Assembly: GCF_964204645.1 (NCBI RefSeq)
Contig: NC_134025.1
Coordinates: 7,254,001 to 7,318,000 of the forward strand
Direction of reading: 5' to 3'
DNA from: Tubulanus polymorphus
Lineage: Eukaryota; Animalia; Nemertea
DNA: 64,000 bases
Notes under the pieces: generated by a model
What the model saw: only the letters and a program-made list of their open reading frames with translations
What the model was told of the DNA's origin: nothing
Databases searched by the model: none
Position numbers and translations under genes: made by a program
Shown here: positions 56,201-64,000 of the stretch, piece after piece
How the letters are laid out: every line of letters begins with the position of its first letter
How positions within the stretch are numbered: the stretch's first letter is position 1

Positions 56201-59200
56201 CAGATCGTTTATGAGTTTTTCTTGCGTTTCTTGGAATCGCCAGAATTCCAACCTAGTATTGCAAAAAAGTACATAGACCAAAAGTTTGTATTACAGGTAA
56301 GATCAGAATATTCCAGAAATATTTATTGTTCTCATATGATTATGAAATAATCGTCTAAAAACGCTGTTTTTTATATTCTTTTCAGTTACTAGAGTTATTT
56401 GATAGTGAAGACCCAAGAGAACGCGACTTCTTGAAAACGGTACTTCACCGGATATATGGAAAATTTTTAGGATTAAGAGCATTCATTAGGAAACAGATAA
56501 ACAATATTTTTCTAAAGTAAGTCGCTTTTAATTGCGTTGAATCTGCTTGAATCAATGAAAGATTGCAACAGTTAGTTTATTTTTTAAAATCATAGCTTGT
56601 ATTCGGGTTATGAATGAATGTGTTAAATCACATTCTATTTATAGGTGGTGGCAAAATGGTAAATGATTCCTGATTAATGTTTCCCTATAAATGTTCCCTT
56701 TCTCAACAGATTTATATATGAAACGGAAGTGTTTAATGGAGTGGGCGAATTGTTAGAGATTCTTGGAAGGTAAATTAATTCAACTGAGATCACCACCTAA
56801 ATTTACATCTTAACCCCTTCACATTCGGCCCACTATTCCCCTGGGCTAGGTTTCATAGTTGTAGAACGTCAATAATCCCTGGGAACATTTTGAAATTTGT
56901 CAGTTATAACCATGGTTTCTCATTGTTACTATAGTGGTTGTCAACCAGATTGAGGATTTACCCCTAAAGATAACTACTTTGATTCTATGAAACCGGGACC
57001 TGGTTTTTAGTAATATAATTGAAAGGTATCGATATCAATTTCTGGGGCCAGTGTTGTATTCATTTTGGATCTGCCCCCCCCCCCCCTTGATCTTTGAAAT
57101 TCTTATATTTGATGTTGAGCAGTGATAATCAATGATTTTTCGCCCGCCTGCCCTATCTTTTACTGTTATTTCCAATCTGTTGAATGTGTAAACTATTTTT
57201 CAGTATCATCAATGGATTTGCGTTGCCTCTGAAGAATGAACATAAACAGTTTCTCATTAGAGTACTCATACCGCTTCATAAAGCGAAAAGTCTTAGTTTA
57301 TATCATGCACAGGTGCGTAATGACGTGTTCATAAGATCTACAGCTGCTAACAATTCACCAATTCTAAATCTTCCGATTCTCAACTTCAGATTTCTCAATA
57401 GACTTGAGAAATGTATTTTATGTAATATATAATCATACATAATATATACATATAATCATACATAATATCGTTCTTTAGTAAATCGTGCGCGTGTTAATGT
57501 AACAGCGTCTTCTGCATTATTAAAGGTTAACCACACATGGCAGCCCCATTTCTATAACTCAGCTACTGTCATAACTCAGCTACTGTCATATGTGACATAA
57601 GTTAATTACACATACGGCTTTACTGTATATGTCATGGTCAATACAGACTTTACTGTCTAATATAAGTGGGTGGATTCACTGTGTGATGTGTGAGATAATA
57701 TTTGATTGTTGAGTACATTAAGAATGATATTGGCCAGAAGATAGGTTGCTTCAGTGTTCTATTTCAGCCTCAGTAATACATTTAGTAATTAGTTGACCTA
57801 TCTATTAATATGACTATTACCTTATATACCGATATACGCGGTCAATAAAACCAGCCTCATAGTGTGTAAGGGTCCCTACATCTCCTTGATTCCTTGAAAA
57901 CAGAAAATGCTTTAAAAGGTGTTTGAAATTCCTTAAATCTGAGCAAAATGCTCAAAATTCCTTCAATTTTGAGAAATGCTTAATTGAAAATCTTTATCTA
58001 GTTTGAAGTCGTACAGTAGACTATGCATAAATCTGTACAGTTGGGACCAGAATTTTTGTTAAACCAAATAAGGTAGTTACTGGTTTAGAAATAGTTAAGG
58101 TAGTGTATAGAATAAAAATGTGCTTTCAAAAGCACTGAATTATGGTTTGCCTAGAAAGATAGTACTGATTTAGGAGGAGTGCACAGAAATTGGGATATGA
58201 AAGCGATGCAAAAACTTTGAAATTTTCTTCTTTGAAACTCCTTATAGCCAGGAATGACTGATCTTTAGGGAGCCTGTGTGTGGTTACTGATTTATTGACT
58301 GTTCTGTTTTTGGTAACTTTCAGCTGGCCTACTGCGTGGTCCAATTTTTGGAAAAAGATGCAGCATTAACCGAGCAGGTGAGGGTGCCCTATTGTCCGTT
58401 ATCATTATTACTAACTTATCCCTTACATTCACCCCTTAGTAACTATATATATATATTAATCAATATATGTTGCGCAGGTGGTTAAAGGTCTTCTGAAATT
58501 TTGGCCAAAAACGTGTAGTCAAAAAGAAGTGATGTTCTTGGGTGAAATTGAAGAGATATTGGATGTGATAGATCCCGCTCAGTTCCAGAAAATAATGGAG
58601 CCTTTATTCAGGCAGATCGCTCGTTGTGTATCGAGTCCACACTTTCAGGTAAATAGCTTTTACTCAAACCCTCTTGACAGTAATGATATTTTATCGTCAT
58701 AATACTCAGAAGACTTATGTTTTCCAATTTCCATTCACTAATAGGTGGCAGAACGAGCGCTGTATTACTGGAATAACGAGTACATCATGAGTTTAATAGA
58801 TGAGAATTCTAACATCATCCTGCCGATAATGTTCCCGAGTTTATATCGGATCTCTAAAGATCATTGGAATCAGACGATAGTCGCACTCGTTTACAACGTA
58901 CTCAAAACGTTCATGGAAATGAACAGTAAACTGTTCGACGAACTAACATCCAATTATAAGCAAGAAAGGCAAAAGTGAGTAGCAAAGAAACATTTCTAGA
59001 ATCACTTGATTCTGTTATCTGCTTAATTCGGATCATTTGGGACAAAGAAAATTCATCCGGTTTACAGGAAATTTGGATTATGAGTCATTTTCTTGTATTA
59101 TTAATGAACAAATGAACTGCAAGTATTGTCTGGATTAGACCAAAATCCGGATTAAGCGGGTTTGACTGTATGAACTATGGTTTCTAGCCGACAAGGATTT

Positions 59201-59312
59201 TGTGGATTAAACGCTTTGTTCTAAATTATTCAGGGAAAAGAAGAAGGAAAAGGAGCGAGATGAGTTGTGGAAGAAGCTCGAGAAATTAGGTGTAAATAAC
59301 AACAAAAAGTAG
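50243..59312 (+). CDS. PPP2R5E: PP2A regulatory subunit B56, alpha/beta/epsilon (widerborst) class
   Basis: GCCGCCATG start; [12 protein letters not shown]...LQPLAQLK; FIKKLQQCC; [18 protein letters not shown]; [14 protein letters not shown]; [18 protein letters not shown]; [10 protein letters not shown]; stop 59310-59312. The symbol denotes the likely co-ortholog of vertebrate PPP2R5A/B/E. Confidence 0.95.
51393..51858. mobile_element. PIF/Harbinger-type MITE (466 bp) with TAA target-site duplication
   Basis: TIR AGCCTAGCGCACATCGACA is perfect for 19 bp and extends to ~43 bp with 3 mismatches. TAA on both flanks (51390-51392, 51859-51861); internal CACATCGA and GCAACT repeats. Confidence 0.92.
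56840..57003. mobile_element. Short MITE-like element
   Basis: Ends CCTGGGCTAGGTTTCATAG and CTATGAAACCGGGACCTGG are imperfect inverted repeats. Confidence 0.65.
57869..58017. repeat. Interspersed repeat, copy 2 (related to 29875-30036)
   Basis: Shared collinear blocks with copy 1. Confidence 0.75.
59010..59170. mobile_element. Tc1/mariner-pogo-type MITE remnant
   Basis: Right end CCGGATTAAGCGGGTTTGACTG|TA; degenerate left counterpart GCTTAATTCGG. Confidence 0.5.
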
Positions 59313-62300
59313 AAAAATAACACATACAATGGCAGAATAATACGAATACTACAATGTGTAATCTATCTGTACAAAGAGAATGCACTGACCATTGTAAACG
59401 GTTCACATTTGTGGCCACTGATGTAAACAATGTATTTGTAAATCTACCACCAGACCATGTCGCAAGTTCATTCTTCGTCGTGGAAGGTACAACCGGAACA
59501 ATATGACCACTAACAAACCGGGGTTCGAGTCGCCCGGTATATGGTGGCCAGCTACTTTGGTGCTTCTACCACTTGTGTATGGACCGCTTCGCTTCATATT
59601 TTTAGTTTGTTAATTTATTATTATTGAGATAGGAATTTATTTCTTCAGTTACATGGTCTATAGTTGTATATGTACAATGTGTTTTTTGAAATTTTAATTA
59701 TTGTGTTCTTAGCGTACATCGCAGAGGAGGTGTCACAACAGGACCTCCGACACTAAAATGAGATATTTCATACAACGGCAAGAAATTCATCATATCATAA
59801 GCGGGTAGTATGCCTGCCTGCTGCATGTTTCAGGATTTGTGTAGCCAATCCTCATACTTATGTGCGCTGACTCTAATACGGAGAATGAATCGCGATTCTT
59901 ACGACCTCTACCGAGAAGATAAGTGTGGAAAAAACTACTTGTACTACATTAGACTGTGGTCAATTATCTAATATAAATAAGTATAGACTTTTATTATATG
60001 TGTAAAGTAATCATTCAGTATGCGAACGTGCATGCACTATAACAGCGTCGAAGAAACATAACCGGGCAAAAGGGCTACGAGAATCGCTTCAGTAGATATT
60101 ATATTTATTATTTAATCGACCTGTACATAAAAAAGAAATCATATTGTATAAGGATTTGTAAAGAATATAAGCGTCGAGATGTGGTGTTTTACATCGTTGG
60201 TGTTAGTCTGTGATTTCACCCCCTCCCCCACTGTCTATATATTGAAGTTGTGTCAAATCCTCCCGTAATAAGAACTATCGTGATGATCTTTGCGCATGTT
60301 CAATAATGTGATTCCGTCATTGTGTAGTGTATTATTTTCATTTTTGGGACGGCGTGAATACACATTTTCCCCCTGACAATATTGGCCAATTGTGTCATCA
60401 CACTGTCTTTCGTAAGAAAATAGAAAAACAATGAATGATTGTGAAATTGATATGTACATGTATTTTCTGTAGAATTGGTGAAACGTTGACTAAAAGTAAT
60501 TCTCAAAACTGCTTGTTTTCAAAAACTTTCTATAACTGAATACCGTACTACCGTATGAGAGGCCCTTGAAACAATTTTTTCCATCTCTCGTATCTCGTAT
60601 GCATGGTTACTGCAACTTGGTTCATGCCGATTTTTATTTTTTTGTTTGTTTTGTAAGCAGTTTGATGGAACTTGTTATTTGGTTCTGTATAATTTACCTG
60701 ATAGAAAAATAATTGCTAACTGGTTTGTACGATGATTAACGCATGAAATGAATTAATTTCAACAGACAATTTAATCTCATGAATAATGTATACGCCAGTA
60801 TAGGTTACTCGGGTTCATCAATATTGATTGTTCACTTGCTTTCTCTCGTCTCGTGTGCGCATGTATGATTTTTCCAAAAATCTATAAATGTTTTATAAAA
60901 AAAAATAGAGAACAGTACAGTACATTAAAAAGGGCTTTTTTAAACTAACAAGCAAAAATAGGATTTTATGGCACTATCTCATCTATATATATGAATATCT
61001 ACTCGTCTATTATTCCTTTATAACTAGTAATTGTCTAGCACTTGATTACATTGGAAGATCTTTATTTCATTTTTTGAGTACTCTTGAAATCTCTTGATAA
61101 ACATAAGTTGCCAAAACATTTGTATGTTATGTTTATCGATTTGGATTCTTGGCTTAACGATAAATCAAATCGAATGAGGATGATTTAATACTCTGCTGTT
61201 AAAAAAATCATTGCTCAATGGGTCGTGCTGAAAATTGTACTTAATTGAAAGATCTAGGGACATACTGCTAGTGCTGTCATATGTCCTAAGCATTATTAAA
61301 CATGTGTAACTAGAACACCTTGGCCAAGTTTTTCAGGATTATTTAAGATTTAGAACTTTATTCTGCATCTTTTCTGCTGTTGTGAGTTGATAAATTTGGC
61401 TCAAACTTTAGCCCACTTCTGTTTAACTGGCTCCTGAACAGTTGTGAGAAGCGAGAGAATTTATAAAATTGACTTGCTAGTAAACATTTTGTGCGCCATT
61501 GTAACAACTCTACTTCTGGTTCAAAGAAAAATGCGAACAATTTTTATTTCTCAGATATTAAGTTGCACCATCCTCTCATTGATTATTGCGATTGAATCTT
61601 GTGAAATTTTCATGTTGTACACATCAAACCATGAATTAGAATATGCTAGCTTTGTAATGCATGTATAGAGCTGACATTCAATCATCCTGTGCCCCTAAAA
61701 GAGTTTCGCAGACTTTCAATTTCGTATTGCTGTATGAGAATTATATTCCGCAGTCACCTGTTGAAATAAGAGGGTTTTACATGAAATATGTATGACTAAA
61801 TGTGTCCATTTGGGTACATACACCATAGGTGGACATCTTAAGAACTTGCATATTCTCATATGTACAGGTACTTGTTCTATGGATGGTCCCCAAATAGGGT
61901 ACATTAAATGTAACTGTCTGCTACTCTGGGATGTTTTTATAACAATAGAGTTACAGTAGATACTGATGTGTAATGATGCGTATAAGCTGTTTATAATGTA
62001 CATGAATATGGTTTATGAATACAATTTGACGGGATGCACGTGAAAACAAAAATCTCAATGTAAATTTAGTGTACCGGTAGATGCAAATATTTTATGTCTT
62101 GTGCACGGGCAACTGAAGAGAATAACTGTGCTCTCTCCTGGAAAACGGGATTAGTTTTAATGATTGATATCATGGACATGTTTAGTGTAAGTGCTATATA
62201 GGGTTTCGGTGCAGAAAATGATGTAGTGATCGTTATTGATATTAACAACCGTGCCTCGAAAATAAAACATGTTTCTCTCTTTTGCCACTGGAAAATTATA

Positions 62301-63618
62301 TCTTGTTTGGATTTTGAATTGAATCGGAAAACCTGAAGTTAGTGCAGCAAGGAATTTCCACCACGCAAGAAAAGATATTGTTTTTAGTTCTTTGTGTATT
62401 GTATTGTGTATACCCTTTATAGAGTAGCCGACGCACCTTTCTGTATAAAATCCTGTAAAAACATTATGGTCTGGCTCTCATTGCACTGAGAAACGATGAC
62501 TGACCTCTGATAGATCATTACATGTAGAATCCACAGATGGAAATTTCAAGTGATGAAATATAAGGGAACTTTAACACATCTATTGTCAATGATTCCATAA
62601 CCTGGTAAAATGTACATGTATGCATTAGCTATTTCAATAAATTATTTGTTTTTCTAAGAAAGAGCTTCATATTCCTTGTTTTTTTTATTGAATTGGTCCA
62701 GAAGCAATTTTTATCAGGTTATGGAAAATGAATCTGAAGATAAATACATTTCGTATCATAAGATCTTTGGTTAATTAATAATTCTTGTGAGACTAGGCTA
62801 GAAATGCTGTCCCCAACAATGGAGGATGAAGGAAGTATAGTACCATTTGGTATTGACTAGCTACCCTTATATATCTTTACTACTTACTACATCGGTGCCG
62901 AGTAAAGATTATTCAAAACTAAGAGTTAAAGATAATCGCCATCTCAAACAGGATTTGGTATGTGATATAATGAGGACTAGTAGAATGGTTGTTCCATCTT
63001 TCGACTGATCTTGTAGGAATCTGCTCTGTATATACAGGGAGGCAGGGTATACTCCCTGGTACCGTTTATATAACAGCATGATTCTTTTCGCTGTCTTAGT
63101 AAATGTAAATGGCAACTGTATTATGCTATTAACCTGTAATTAGATGAATAAAAAAAGCTCAATTTAAGTTTCTATTTTAGCAGTATTCATTCAAGATCGT
63201 TTTAGTCAGGTCTCTGAACCTTTATCATAGGTCCAAGTTAGCCAGACTTTGATAATAACGTATATTCTTGTAGTTTTCCCGTATAAAGTTAGTCATCATG
63301 TATAACCAAGCAAGTAAGGATTTCACTTGCGGCAAGATCAGCATCTATCAATACATCAAATCTATAATAACCAAAAGTAGAATATCAAGTAAACCACAGT
63401 CTACAGAGGTAGGTAATGCACATGATATCACAGCCAATCCAATCTTATTGGATGTAAAATGAACTATAGATGTGTGACATACGTGTATAACTGCTATCTG
63501 CTAATGTAAACTGAGCTTTTCAAAAATAACAAACTTACTACGTATGTATGTTAGAATTTATTGAAATAATAGCTTCTTACTCAGAACATGCTGAACCAGA
63601 ACATAAGAAACAAATATC

Positions 63619-63811
63619 CAGGGCTGCCAACCTCGGATCAGTAACAAATTGAAATTATTTCAGTAACATTTTGTTCAAATTAATTGGTAATCAAACAATG
63701 AGACGCTCAGTAACATCTTTTATATTTCTGTATGCATCAAAACAAATCCAATCAGCATTTCTCGTTAAAAATAGTAACAAATATTGAAAATCAGGAATAG
63801 TAGCAGCTCTG
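63619..63811. mobile_element. Non-autonomous DNA element with a 6-bp target-site duplication
   Basis: Imperfect TIRs CAGGGCTGCCAAC / GTAGCAGCTCTG; AATATC on both flanks (63613-63618, 63812-63817); internal TCAGTAACA repeats. Confidence 0.65.
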
Positions 63812-64000
63812 AATATCTAGAATATGAAATGAATCAAATCACTGAATCAGCGATGGTAATCAAATGAGTTTTTAACGCAATTGCAATTTGATGTCCATGT
63901 ATTCTTTGTTAGATCAGAAAAATTAGGTATAATTTCCTTCATATATCAATTAGTAACTGGTATGAACAGATTTTTGTAATATATGCGGGCAAAAACAATA

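Overview
Gene-dense, AT-rich animal genomic DNA with mostly short (about 60-130 nt) spliceosomal introns. It is probably a marine invertebrate such as a spiralian, which is an inference. It is not prokaryotic, and I found no CRISPR array, rRNA or tRNA. Hand-splicing gives about 15 genes in order: poly(A) polymerase PAPOLA (-) head-to-head with seipin/BSCL2 (+); PIGF (-) head-to-head with SLC35F6 (+); a divergent B-type cyclin (-); an orphan coiled-coil gene (+); SDHAF4 (+) followed 27 nt later, in frame, by COQ8 (+); CRNKL1 (+) with an AT-AC U12 intron; a secreted IGFBP-N/follistatin-Kazal protein with a polybasic tail (+), converging on a small tail-anchored orphan (-); a divergent nanos (+); a double START-domain protein (+); and RPAIN (-) head-to-head with a PP2A B56 subunit (+). 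Several MITEs and transposon remnants are also present. The most notable observations are the apparently bicistronic, read-through-compatible SDHAF4-COQ8 unit, the frame-preserving minor intron in CRNKL1, and a candidate TATA-driven internal first exon in the B56 gene. Exon boundaries were inferred by eye, and family calls come from recalled motifs rather than database searches.
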